NCBI GenBank assembly: GCA_905178155.1
Contig: CAJINV010000004.1
Location: 6,786,358-6,850,357 of the forward strand
Origin: Amoebophrya sp. A120
Lineage: Eukaryota; Protista; Dinoflagellata
Direction of reading: 5' to 3'
DNA: 64,000 bases
Below the pieces are notes generated by a model, which ran no database searches, was not told the origin of the DNA, and saw nothing but the letters and a program-made list of their open reading frames with translations. This document shows positions 12,532 to 26,200 of the stretch, piece after piece. The first letter of the stretch is position 1, and each line of letters begins with the position of its first letter. A program made the position numbers and the translations under genes.

Positions 12532-15500
12532 ATGTTGTCGCCAGCTACACCGCCGGCGCCGAGGCCCACGAAGGCACCTCCCTTCGCGGGGGCCGACATC
12601 AGGCGCAACAAAAATGAAAAGAGCCAGATGTTGAAAAAGAACAACCCCGCGTCATCATGTACTTCTACTTCATCGCAACTACCGTTTCAGACACATCATC
12701 AAGTCGTCGTGCCGAACCACCACACCACCTGCGTCGCCCGGGTTCGTCCGGTGTCCGCCCAAGAGGAAGACAGCGACTTGATTGACGCCATCCTGGTTAC
12801 CCCGGAGTACGTATCCGGTGCAAAAGTATCGTACTAGTATCAACTGCATCAGAAATTCACTTGGCATTACAAATTAAAGTTGTAATGCGGATCTGCCTTA
12901 ATAAAGAGACTTGCAATGCATAAACGCAATTAGTACGAGTGCGATACTTTTGCAATGCATAGTACGTGCAGATTCATGGGCGGAAATTTGATTTGACGGA
13001 GGTGCTCGACGAGTACAGCAATCAGGATGATCTCTACTACCAGATCGGCGAACCCTGTGTGCAGCGCGTTTTGCAGGAACTGCAAACCTCCTCGCAGGAA
13101 GGGCAGGCGCTTGGTCAAGGACGAGGTAGTGTTGAAGCGCAAGAGAAGTTGTCAGGAACAAGCTCATGTCTCTCTTGCTCGTCAGATCGAGTAGAACCCA
13201 TTATCGGAGTTGGTGCCACGACCGCAAGGACCACGACACCGGAGGTCGTGTCTGCGTGCATTCTCGCATGTGGGGCTACTGGAACTGGGAAGACGCATTG
13301 TATCGTCGGGGATTTGTGGCGGGCGGACCCGGACGGAGTTGCACTATCATGTGCAGGAGCTAGTACATCAGAGGATAAGCCAAGAAGCAACATTAATGGC
13401 TGCAACACGACTTCTACGTCGGCGATGCTGGCAGATTTGGGAATCATGCCACGAGTCTGTTACAATCTGCTGGAGAAGCTGCTGACGGCGGAGCAACATC
13501 AATCTGGGTTCGAAGGCTCGCACAATGATATCAACAACGCAGCAGGTGAACGAGGTTATAGTGAGGCTGGTTTTCATATTTCCGCATCTGCAGAGGACAA
13601 TAAGAGAGACCTGACTGTCATGAATTCAGTGTCCAGCAGCATCAGCACCTCCGCAACGTCGATGTCGCCGAACAGCTCGTGTACTTCGTCTTCTAACCAG
13701 GTATTGAATAGCTGTGGAAGCATCAACCACAGCCGCCCCATTCAGATGAACCAGAGAACGCCATCACCGGCTGCACTGCATCAAGATGTTGAAACTCAAG
13801 CTTGTTCAACAGCCGGTCGGAACGGTGCAGCACGTGCTGCTGACATAACTACGACCCCGTCGTCCAATTATCGCACATCAAATGGTCGTAAGAATATTCT
13901 TCCACTCATGACTTCGGCATCGCTGGAGTGTTGCGAGCTATACAACGGCCAGGTGCGTGACTTGATCCGCGATCACGTGTGCGGGAGCAGTCTGAGCATT
14001 CGCGTGCACCCCGACCGCGGCGTTTACGTTGACGGGCTGAGCGTCAACAGTGTGCTGAGCGCGACCCACTGCTTAGAGTTGCTGAAAGAGGCAACGGAAA
14101 GGCGAACGCAGGTGAAACCAATAGAAGTAGGGTAGTGGGTGAGATGCATCAAAAGCAGTAAAAGTAGACTGACCACTGCAAGTCTGATTGATAGATTCAT
14201 CTGGCAGCATCGTTTTGAAAGATGAAAAAGCGGAAATTTCTTGCACTGTAGCTCGAAAATTTATATTTACGCTACATGAAGAATTGAAATTGATTTCCAG
14301 GTACCAACAAGCATAAACCCATCATCCAGTCGCTCGCATCTGATCTGCACACTGAAGCTATACGATTCGAAAGCGACAACTCCGGCCACAGCGGATTTTT
14401 CAACCCAGCATGATAAGTTTTCGCGAGGAGGGGGAAGTGGCATTGGCTCGTCATCGTCCGCTCCTTCGAGCAGTAAGAAAAATAAAATACCGCGTGCAGT
14501 GATTCAATTTGTCGACCTCGCCGGGCGTGAGCAATTGGGCGAAGAGCACGGGTATTGTAAGACCTTGAAGGGAGAGCGAAACCACATCAACACCAGTTTG
14601 TACCACTTAGGGCATTACGTGTCCGGTACCGGGATCTCAAAATTCCGCGACACGAAATTAACCATGCTGGTTTCACAGGTATAGTAAAGCCTAAAGCGCG
14701 ATGAACACTAGTAGTGCCTACTTAGGTGGCTCATTTGTCGGAGGATTTTGTGGTCTCCAAATTGTCGCTAGTAGCAAGAACGTAGTTGCGCCACGGTCTG
14801 TTCTTTGCTGCCGTCCAGGTATCGATCCATATATCTTCTACCCCAAGAAAAGAGTGGGAGGCGAATGCGAAGTCGAAAGCAGTCTTGATTGACTACGTAA
14901 TGACTCCACAACTACTATCCATCACAACTATTCAGACCCTCGCTAATCTGAACACGCGTCGGTACGTGATCGCCACGCTTTCTCCTCTCGATAAGCACCG
15001 GGCGGAGAACCTGGCGACGCTGCGGTTTTGCAAAAATTTGTCGGAGAAAGTGCTGTCTCTGCCCGTAAACCCGGGCACCAAGTTTGCGGATTTGGCTCAT
15101 AAGCATCTACACGATCATCCTGGTAGTGGTGCCGAGCCTCAGGGCAAAAATTTTCGTGCTGCAAGCAGGAACAGAGGGTCCGTGATTGCGCAGTTTCTGC
15201 AGGAGCAGAGTGCAGACGGACGAGCATCGTCGCAACCACGTACCAGTGATGTTTTCTTCTGGTCGTAATTTTTTGCAAGCTGATTTTTAGACAAAACACA
15301 CAATGTCGAGCGTGAGTTTCAATCAAAAACACCAGGTTCCTTCGAGCTCCCAACCGCGTCCTCGTTTTCAAAAAGAACGTCCAGCAAGAAGCGAAATAGA
15401 ATGGCAGGAACAACTGCTGGGCTCCTTGGCGTAAGTCCGAGCAGCAGTTCGCTTTTGCCGAAAAACAAGCCCAGTAAAAACAGCAGCTGTGGCACGCTGC

Positions 15501-18500
15501 CGAGCAACGTGAGCGGCATACTGAACGTGAAGCCCCTGGAGCACAGCAGCGGGTTCGGAGTGTTTAATGGTGGAAGCGGCGCGAGGGCAGAGGAAGATAT
15601 GGAAAAATTTGGCGGACCCAGGGGACGAGAAGCAGAAGACCATCTTCGTCATGTTATCGATGAGGGTCCGCACCGTCACGCGCGTCCAGAGCCAGAAACT
15701 TCCACACAGCTACATGAGGACCTGCAGCTGAGCCAATCTCCCTTAGTAGAAGGATGCGCGGGGGCGGCCACGTCGGCGAGCGAGGCCGATGAACATATGG
15801 AGCCACCAGGAGCGCAAAGTGGTCGTCACAAGAACTACCCCGGGAAGATGGTGAAAACATTTTCACCTTGTGCAGCTGGTCCCCCGCCGTTGGAACAACG
15901 AAACTCTACAGACGCAGGAGATCATACTGATTCGGATCAGCATTCATCTCGTCTGCGGTCCGCGTGCTCTAGTACCACTCTTTCCGCGTTGGCGCGGAAA
16001 CGGTTTGCGCCCGCTCGAGGTGCCGCGGGGAGTAATACGCCACAACACGGGAACCACCACGACGACATGCTGAATACAGACGAGGCTGGTGAGCAGGACT
16101 GCTCATCAATGTCCGACCGATCTGGTCCTGCTCCTGCGGGTAGAAATCTCCATAATTCCACTTCGTCTTCCCACCGTACGGCGTCCATTGTGCCGCGGAG
16201 ACTCTCCGGGCAGTTTGTTCAGCCTTCGTCCCACAGCGGGGGCAAGAAGACGGTGAACAACAACAACCCGTTTTTAGGCGCCGTTGGTGGAGGAGCTGCT
16301 TCGTCGGCGATGTACAATAACAGGTACAACTACAACTTGGCTAGTAGTACAAGTACTACTAAAGCCGGCGCTCGCTCCGTGTCCCCGCAAAGTAGTACAC
16401 TGTATGGCTGCAGTGGTGAAAGTGAAACAAGAACACGAACAGGTGGTAATTATGGTGGCGCAAATTCTAGTACATCGTCTCATGCGTTGTACCACCACCA
16501 CCATCATGCCTCGACCGGTAGTTTTCTTGAACGAATCTCTGAACAGCCCTGCAGTAGTAGCTCGCGGGAATCGCTGCACTCGAATAAGAGGAGGGGACGC
16601 GAAAGAACTACGGGTGATCAGTGTGGTGCACAGCGACCTCAAGAGGTGACGGAGTCTTGGGAGGCAGCTATTAACTCTAACATGGGTAGAAGTACAACTC
16701 CTTCTACGAGACAAGGTCTCAACAATGGCCACACTTCTCACAGTCAAAGCTGTGCAGCGCTCGCTGGACCTGGAGGCGGGGGAAGTGCCGGAATGGGAGG
16801 ACGAGCAGGCGCCGCCGGTGCTACCAGCACGACATTACTCCACCATGATGACAACCTCGAGCCAGATTTGCTCTCTACTTCGCAGCAGCAGCAACAGCAA
16901 CAACAGCAGCAATTATTCCAAAAATCGTCCACCTCCACCCGGAAAATGCAGGACTTGGATCGTTGTTTCCACCTGCAGATTATCAAATGCAAAAGTGTCT
17001 GGGTCTGGAAACTTGTGATGCTGGGTGGCGTATCATGAGGAGGCCACAAGTGCTGCCTCAGCGTGACAAGTTTCTGAGCTTCTAAGTGTTGCCTATTCAT
17101 ATTCTGCATGACAAACTGCGTTTCTGCATGACAGAAAAGTGGCGCTCTTGGGTAACGTGCATGACAGATTTGAGAGTCATGCCAGACAAGCATGACAGAC
17201 ATGCACTCTTCTAGACCCAGGCATTTTTACATTTGATCCAGATTCAACGGTTGCGCGACGCGGTTTCCGAAGTGTCTGCGACCAACAACGAGAAGAAGCT
17301 GCTAGAGTCGCAAATCTATCCTGTGCAAAAGTATCGTACTCGTAGTAATCGCAATTATGCATGACAAATCGCCTTCCTTTGCTAAAACAGCATTACAAAT
17401 CCAATTTGTCACGCTAAGGAAATGCAATTTATACTAGTACGTGTACGATAACGATACTTTTGCATTTCATAAAATCATGTTTCTAAAGTCCGTCCGGAAG
17501 GAGATCGGGACGACGACGAGTAGTAGAGCCTCCGGTAGAGCTGGAGGTCGGGGCCGGCGGCGGAGTTTGGTGAGCACTACGGCGGGGGAGCACGACACGA
17601 GCTTTCTGTCGCAACTCTCCGCGAGCTCGCCGGTGGGGGCAGGTAAGTCCGTACATAAGTGCAAGTTTTGAATTATGATCAAGTAGTTGTCTAAATCTAA
17701 TGCTAATCATCTACATCTTACTTAGTCATACTTGATCGCAAGCAATGGTGCTAGAGCCGCAAAGGCATAAGAATAAGTACCGTGATCGATTCACGAAATC
17801 ATACCCGGACCCGGAATCTTCCCCCACGCACACAGGCACCGTCGAACAACAGTCAGCAACAGCGTCCGGGGAAATTGCACCAGGAGCTACAAGTACAAAT
17901 ACACCTGCCTCGGCTTCCTTGCAGGAGCAGGACCGCCCGGCAGTCGTTCCAGCGCGCCGCGATGAAGTAGACCGGCTTTCCAACTCGATCCCTACCACCG
18001 CCGCGGAGCACAACGGCCAGCGACTGTTTTCCTTTGGCCCGACCACGGCGCCGAGTCGCCGATACAGTCTGAAGAAGGACGGCGTGGCCAGTGCGTCCGC
18101 CCCGGCGAAGACTTTTCCCGTGGGGGCAGAGGATACTGTTCTGGAGCAGACCGACCACGTTGATCCGGCGCAACATGCGCGTCTATCGAACACTGTTAAA
18201 CATCTCGATCAAGGAGCGCTCCCCGGTGGACCAGCGCCGGCAACAACTGCAGATCATGGTTCGAACGGGTCGCGTTCCACCTCGGAACCCAACTCCTCCG
18301 TTCGCGGACCTCTGACGAAAGTGGTGCCGAGGCTGCAAAACTTGGAACACTGCCGTACTGTGTACAAAAGCAGCTGCTCAGGAAAGCACGCGCGCCCAAC
18401 CAGTTTGGAACCTGGGTATCACAGTTGTATGATGGACGAAAAAGAAAATGATAACCACATGATATCCACCACTTCGGACGTCGGGGGTCGGGGGATCCGC

Positions 18501-20905
18501 AGTGTGCCAGCACACCTCGCTGCATCCTCACAAGAAGGAGTGATTGGGCAGCGAGGGCAAACAACAGGAGCTCCACCTGCGGAGGCAGAGGTAGCTGGTA
18601 GTTCTTCGCAAGGAATTATGCCCGCAGCCTACGGGCAAAATTATCAACAGCACTCTGCTTGGACTTCGAAACAAGCGAGTAGCAGAAGTGGGATATCAAC
18701 TGCAAAAATGTCTGGGTCAGGAAACTTGTGATGCTGGGTGGCGTATCATCAGGAGGCCACAAGTGCTGGCTCAGCATGACAAGCTTCTGAGCTTCTAGGT
18801 GTTGCCTGTTCTGCATGACAAATTGCGCTTCTGCATGACAGAAAAATGGGCGTCTTGGGTAATGTGCATGACAGATTTAAGAGTCACGTGAAACAAGCAT
18901 GACAAACTTGCATTCTTCCAGGCCCATACATATTTGCATTTGATATGGGACAGTTGTTAGCAACACCTCGTCTGGTGCGACTTCTGCTACAACATCTCAT
19001 GTCGTTTACAACCCACAAAACGAACCAGACTGCTGCAACCGCGGCCGAACCCTGGGCCATGCCCCGCCGCAGTACATTCAGACGCGCTCAGAATCTTTGG
19101 CCGCAAGAACTTCGGCGACAGGGAGTGTGGGTAAGGATTTTCTTAGCAGTTGTTTGGCTTCGACTAGATTTTTCTTTTATTCAGATTTTAGCTTCCTTTC
19201 ACGTAGAGGTGGAAAATGACATTGATTCATTGCTTTATGGAGGTTTGCAGCACTCGCTTGATGTTCGTGTTGACGATTGCTCTCGCTGATTTTTCCACTG
19301 AAAGTCCTTACATCAACCTCCCCGCCAGGCTCTCGGTATCCCAACGTTTCGGTGTCTCGTCGGTGGAGCCGAAGCGTTTCCCCGCGCCGAGCCGCCGCGG
19401 GAGGTGGGCCGAAAGCAACCATTTCGCAGCTGCCAACGTCCCTCACTCCCCCGAACCTGATCGCGCAGACAACCCTGCCCTTCCGGTCGCTTTCCCGCGG
19501 GACGCCCACTTTCGGGTTGACCTGTGGGTCGTTTGCGGATCTGCAGAGCGTCACGCCGTCGTTAGATAGCTCCTCCAGGAACTCAGGGGGAACGAATTAT
19601 AACAACCTGAGTGGCTTAGGCTTGCCGACGCCTCCCACCCCGGCGTTGCAGGGAGTTCAACAGACCGGAGCAGCGGGGGCTCCGATGCTAGGGGGTGCTC
19701 CTGTTGTGCAGACCGCCGGGGCTACGGCAGTTGGTTCTACCTATCCGAGAAGCTTCAGTGCGGTACGCCCGGAGCGGGGAAGTGCACGAGATGAAGATGA
19801 TTCTAGTTGTGCAAAGAACGGCGCAAGAGCCCCTGCTGGGGCAGGAGCAATTCCTATGGCACAGCAGCTACAGTACGGGAGTTGTGTTGGTCCTCCTGCT
19901 GCTGCTCCTGGGACCGCCACGAACAACAGCACCGATTCGTCGCGTCTCGGGGTGGCCTCGCAGGCCGGGATGTTGCAGATGACCGCAAGCGGCGCTTCCA
20001 GTATTTCAACGCCAGCAAAAGAACAACAACATATCACGACACCAAACGCACATTTTCAAATGAATGCCCAACATGCCGCTGCGGGGGGAACTGGAACACG
20101 AGCCTCACCAGGACCCCTGTCGAGTACCCGCGCTGGTGCAACGACACAGCAGCTACCCAGTGGTGGTGGACCGGTTCCGGTTAGTAGTGCAACACAGAAC
20201 CTTCTCCAACTCCACATGCCTCCGAGAATCACGGCACACAGTTGCTCGTTATGGACGCCGCCACTTCTCGGCGCGCCGTCGGGTCATGGGGCTCCTGCGT
20301 TGGGCGGCACGACCACTTCTTATCCAGCAGTTCTACAACAGCATCAACAAGCGCAACATCAGTTCACTTTTCAACGGCAGCAATTGCTCCACACCGCGAC
20401 CCCGATGCACAATTTTGCGTACCCAGGTGTGCCGAACATGCTTTTCTCGCATGTTAGCGGTAGTGGTTCTACTTGCACGACCGCTGCAGCAGGGGATGCG
20501 GGCCAACATGCACATTCAGCTACAAACAACAACAGCATGACTACGTCGAATGGTGGTCCACCGTTGGGGATGAAGCAGCAAGCTGGCTACGTAAACTCGC
20601 ACCAGTTGATGAGTCAGCAGGCGGGGAGTAGTTGTGCTTCTACATATCCCGTGGACCACGAGCAAGACAAATCTTGCCAAGATAGTTCCGATACTACACT
20701 CACCCGCCAGCAGGGCGAATGCGAGACGAGCGCTGAAGTCCGTGACAACTACGGGACGACCCCGTCGGCCGAGCGCGAGCAGGAACCTGTACAACAGGTC
20801 GTGCACCACCAGCAAGCTTCGGGAAGTTTTGTCGTGCCGCTGGGGAGCGAAACCCACCGGTCAGAGAGATCAACGACAAGAAATGGGGTGGAGCAGCAGG
20901 GATAG
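12532..20905 (+). CDS. Kinesin-like motor protein with long low-complexity tail
   Basis: Motifs VARVRP, GATGTGKTH (P-loop), ELYNGQVRDL, NPSSSRSH (switch I), VDLAGRE (switch II), FRDTKLT, ENLATLRF. Introners 12812-12961, 16981-17238, 17317-17471, 18694-18945. GT-AG introns 14112-14300, 14679-14935, ~15246-15335, 17643-17742, 19131-19304. Confidence 0.9.
12812..12961. mobile_element. Introner-like element, family B (TGCAAAAGTATCGTACT)
   Basis: Direct repeat GTACG; removal gives PEY-VQIHG. Confidence 0.9.
16981..17238. mobile_element. Introner-like element, family A
   Basis: Direct repeat CAGAT; highly similar to 18694-18945. Confidence 0.9.
17317..17471. mobile_element. Introner-like element, family B
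   Basis: Direct repeat AAATC; removal gives SQI-MFLK. Confidence 0.9.
18694..18945. mobile_element. Introner-like element, family A
   Basis: Direct repeat TGGGA. Confidence 0.9.
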
Positions 20906-21911
20906 ATGAAATGCGAAGAAGTATACGCATGATGGCATAATTCTAATCTAAAGTCCTCGATGTAGAACGGCGGGCTGCTCGTCCTGCTCTATCTTGTATT
21001 CATCCGAGCAAAATGACGCCAGTAATCTTACCACCGGTTTTGCTTTTCGTTTTGGTTTTGCTGCTCTTTTTCAAGGTGCAGGCGATTCTGATTCTAAATG
21101 AACACTAAAGCGCGACAGCACCAGCCCGCTTTAATTACTGACAATTGACCTCAGCGACATCATATTGAGCTTACTAAATTGCTTCCCAAATTATGATGAC
21201 AATTTTGACACGAGTAGCGTTTAAAGCCTAGAAGAACACAACTCGAGTGCCAATCTCGGGAATGATCCCAAATTGCCACGCACTATGCAAGCGTTTTCGG
21301 TAGTTTCATCAATCTATCAATTTACCGTGGTATTTTTTATATTCCCCGACCACCGTAAAAGAGCTACTACAAATGAATCAAGTTGTAGACGACTACATGA
21401 CAACAATTTCAAACCACAAATGAACCACAAGATGAACAATGGCACGGGCAGCTGGCATGCCTACCGACTTCTAACTTCTTCTACTTCAGCGTCTAAGTAA
21501 AAATCTACGTCTACCCTACGTAAACTTGGTTTCTCAAGAAATGCCTCTGCCATCACGACCGTTTCGATTTCTTTACCGTTCTTGACGTATTTTTGGCATA
21601 ATTCTGCATTTGAAATTGAATTCTGCCCGCTTGCTTGTCGTTCTGAAGTCCTCGATCCCTTCTTTCTTCGTGTTCCGTCTGTTTTTGCCCGAGCACGTCG
21701 AGTTTTGCGCTGTGCTTCGCTTGTTCCGTGTTTCTTCTGCATTCTTTTGGTCATTCTCATTTTTGCGCGACCTCACGACGGCCGATCTGTGTCTGGCTGT
21801 AAAAAGAATGGATCTCGTCCAAGACTTAATAACCGTTCCTACTTCTCCTGTCCAACAATCACAGACAATACTGAATCCTCGCCGCCCAACTACACATATA
21901 TTTGTTCCAAA

Positions 21912-22623
21912 ATGAAGCCTTTCCGGCCGCCAATGAGGCGGTGTTTCTGTTTTCTGTTTTGCTTGCTTGCTTCGGGCACCTGCGGTACCGTCGAAGCTTT
22001 GGAAAAGGTTTTGATGTCCTCTGCAAGAACGACTACATCGAAACACTTGCTCACCCAAGACCCGCCGCCAGCCCCGGCCGCAGACCACGCCGTGGATGGT
22101 GAGGCCTATTCGGACGAGTGGCACAAGGAATTTCGCGACGAAAACTACCCGTCGAGCTCCGCGGGGAAAGAGCACTACCCCCACACGTCGAGCATCCTGG
22201 CCGCCAAGCGCGAATCGCTGCCCTGGGGGTGGGGAAGCGCGTGGTTCTGGTATAGAAAGATTTTTCATGAGTGCTTGTAGTTCATCTGCATACACAAATC
22301 CAGAAGTTTATTTGGGAGTCACGCATGACCACAGGTTTCATCTGCAGATAAGATTCGCATACACAAAACAACAGGATTCCCACGTTCGCGTTGGTCGGAT
22401 TGGCGGTCCTCGGCACGACCTCCATCAAGATTTCCGATTTTTTGATGTGAGGAGAAGAGTTGCGGTTTTTCGCAAGCGAAACACAAACAGGATAGTTCCG
22501 AGGTTCTTGCGAGGGTCTTCATCCGTGATGATGAATGCAAAAGGTGGCACTGACGTAAACGTTGACAGAGGTCGTGAATCGGAACAGAATTCCTGTAGTT
22601 CTCTTTTTTTCCAAAGCGCTTGA
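21912..22623 (+). CDS. Small putative secreted hypothetical protein
   Basis: Signal-peptide-like start (RRCFCFLFCLLASGTCG). Possible intron ~22250-22490 carrying introner-like internal sequence. The 3' end is uncertain. Confidence 0.35.
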
Positions 22624-23221
22624 TTTGGCGGCACTGAATTAAAAAATCAACTCGAAGATGCACCGATACATCCGGAGGAGAAGAGCCGGGCTCAGCAGGC
22701 CGTGGTGCACGGCAGTCAGTTTGGAAAATTGGAACACCGATAAATCCAAAAAATTTTATTCCGCTCCAAGTCGTTCTCATTTCAATACAATTACGATCCC
22801 GACCACAAACCGAAAGCTGCCATGAAGTTTCTTAACTTCGCGATCCGTGGATCAACATGAAATTCAAAGCGAAAAGGTCTCTTTTGGATCAAAAAAGCAG
22901 ACAGACTGAAGATCTCGAAAACAGAAAGAGATCATCGGCAGCCGATCACGACCGTCAGCGTTAGAGGTGATGTCCTCGAGTACTTGGAAGAGAATGTGAG
23001 GGTCCAGATGCCTTCCTATTCCTGTGTGATGTGCGAAATTTTCGCTTCTGCTGCAGGCGACCTGGTGTAATGTCTAGAGTAAGAGAAGTGGCAAGTAGTA
23101 GTGATAGTGAAAGCAACATTTTTACTAGGTAGTCGCAGAGCCAGAACCTTCATTCCCCGGCCGTGGTTTACGTGTGTAAAACGTTGAAAGTCGTTTTGAT
23201 CATCCAAACGCGTTGTGAAAA

Positions 23222-26200
23222 ATGTGTGATAACGAGACAAAGAAAATGATTCCGCTTGTTCCGGAGAATAAAGCCACGGGAACGGAAAGCGGGAGCCTTG
23301 CAGGCTGCACCCTGGTGGCAAGAGGGAATGCAGAAGTAGGGGATATCACGACGTCGACACCCGAGGTTTCTTTGATGACACCAACCACGGACAGCAGTCC
23401 TAGCGAAGGCCCGGAGGTAGATGATCTTTTGGAAAGCAATTACACTATCCAGGCGAACGAGCAATGTTCTTACGAAAACGACACGACCCTGCGCGCGGAC
23501 ATCCGGGATGGAGATGAACAAGAAGAACAGCGGACGACGCGGGAACAAGAAAATCGACGACATGAAAAACTCAGATCCTACTACGCTAACAAGGCTCTGA
23601 CAGCAGCAACCTTGCGTAAGAACGCATCGTCATCGTGCAAAAAGATGAAACATGACGTCGAGCAAAAGATAAATAGCGTCAGCTACGAACACCTTCTCGC
23701 CACAGAAATTCGGAACAGCGGCTACCTCCTCTGCAATCACCTGGACACAAGCAAGCTGGTGGATTTTCTGAAGGAGCATAAGATGCTTTGTTCCTCCGGT
23801 GTCGTTCGCTCGTTTGTCCCGGAAGTGGACGCGAGGTACTTGCAAATTCTCTTCCCCTACAAACCCGTACAACGACAAGGAGGCGACAGCGCTCAACACC
23901 CCAAAATAGATCTGGTTCACCAGGAAGCGCTGCAGCATATGCAGAAGGAGGTGCTGTTCCACCCTGAGAGTGTCAAGAAACTGAAGTTGATCCCGCTGAA
24001 CGCGCAGGGAACGAGTTTGCTGGTCCGGGGGAACAAGGTTTTTGGCGCCACAGGAGCACGAGTTGCAACTTTGCTTGTAGATCAGGCTGGAAACGACGAG
24101 GACTCCAGTACAACATCACTGGAAGAGCTGCACAACGGCGACGAGAATGCCATGCCTACAGCGAACAAGCTGTACACAAATTACTTGAACACTATCGTCG
24201 GCAGAGAAAAACGATATCTCATGTTTTGCCACCCGCGAAGCGGGGACGGGGCGGACGACGATGTGGAGTGGTTTTTCAAAAGGAACAGCGAAATTCTAGG
24301 CACGGGCGCAAAAACTGACCCGGACACGGAGATAAGGCAGATCATCGGACAGGTGGTGGCACAGAAGTCGAAGTCCTCGTCCTCCTCGAACAGTACCAAA
24401 AATGAGGACCATTCGGCGCCGGTCCTCCATAAAGAATCTTTGCGCACCACGACCAGTACTTCTAGAGGTGAAGTACAAGATCACGAGCCTTCCGCCACCA
24501 TGCTTTCCCCGAAGACCATGCTTCCCTTCTCCACCGAGGAAGAAAAGCGGGTTTTTCTGCACGAAAAAACCAAAACCCTTTCATCCGCAAATAATTCTCC
24601 AAATAAAACCTTCACCTTTATCGACCTGTTTGCCGGCATTGGCGGTTTCCGCCTGGCGTTAGAAGCTCTCGGGGGCGTGTGTCTCGGTGCCTGCGAGCTG
24701 GACAAATTTGCTCGACAGACGTATGAGAAAAACTTTCATCCCAACTTGAAACACAACTTTGGCGCGGGCTGGAGCTATCGGCAGCCGGTGGGAGTCCCGA
24801 TTCGGTTGGACGAGTGTGACGAGTTTTTTATCAACGATGTGACGCGATTGGCTTTCGACAGCACTGGTGTCGTGCGAGATTGTGGCGAGGAGGCCTCTTC
24901 AAGAGATGAAAATAAGGCTTCCTCAGAGATGAACTTCTACTCGGCATCTTCAAGTCAACACGAACAACATCATCTTCCCTCTGCTACTGCCAAGGTCGAT
25001 CTTTTGACCGGCGGTTTCCCGTGCCAATCTTTTTCGACACTAGGTAAGCAGACGGGCGTACACGATCCGGAACGAGGAGGGCTGTTTTTCCATTTAGTCC
25101 GCATATTACGGGAGCTCAAACCTCGGTTCTTTCTGTTCGAAAACGTGCGGGGGCTGCTGACACTGGAAGAAGGAAAGCCGTTCGAAAAGATGGTGCAGAT
25201 GCTGGAGTGTAATGGGCTGTACGAAGTCGAATATGAGATCGTGGACGCAGGGGATTTTTTGCCGCAACGACGCGAACGGGTCTACATCACGGGGGCGTTG
25301 CGGGAGGAGAAGTATGCGCATTTGTTCACAACTTCGCCGAAAACTGCAGTTGATGTCCCGACCGGGAAAGACGCAACTGCGCTGTTATCTTTACGAGGCC
25401 GTATAGTGCAGAAGCTGTCCTCGTCTGTTGATTGCGCAGGAGCTCCGGATCAGCATAATCCGGCGCTGCACAAAGAAAGTCGAGCAAAAAGTGCTCCTTC
25501 CTGTAGTCCACTGGGGAATACAAAAATCTCATTACAAAGCGTGCTGGATTGCAACAGCACGGTCGATCGGCGGTACTTCCTGCTCCCCGCACAGTGGGAC
25601 AAGGTGCGGAGACAGCGCTACCAGCAACTGCACAAGGACGGCACGGGGCGACTGGTGTCCGAGCATTTGACGCACGCCCAGACTTTGTGCAGCAACTACC
25701 GAACCAATTTTTTCATGTTCAGCCAGCTGGTGGCGGATTTGAGGGGAGATGAAACGGAAGGAAGAAATCTTTGTGGACAGGAAGTAGTAGGCATTGGTGG
25801 TGAAACTGAAAATGGTGGTGAATTATCTGCAACGACGACGACGAGAGATGAAGTTGCCGATGCTGGCCAGCATTCGGGTGCGGGGGATCCGGGATTCCAG
25901 CTAAAAACCACCACAGGCAGCTCCGGCTCTAGTTGCACTTCTGCCATGATCAAGAACGGGAAAATGACAAACCACGGCGGAAAGACCGAGTCACCACGAC
26001 CAGAGCCACTTCCTCAGCAAGAAGAACAAACTAATCTTCAGGAGCTCACCTCGTCGCTGCTCGACCCGCACCGGGAGGGCCAAAAACGACCCCGGTTTTT
26101 CACCCCGAGGGAGTGTTGCCGGTTGCAGGGGTTTCCGGAAGACTTTGAAATCCCGAGGAAGGACAACTTGGGGGAGGAGGGCCGGTTTTACCACCAAATC

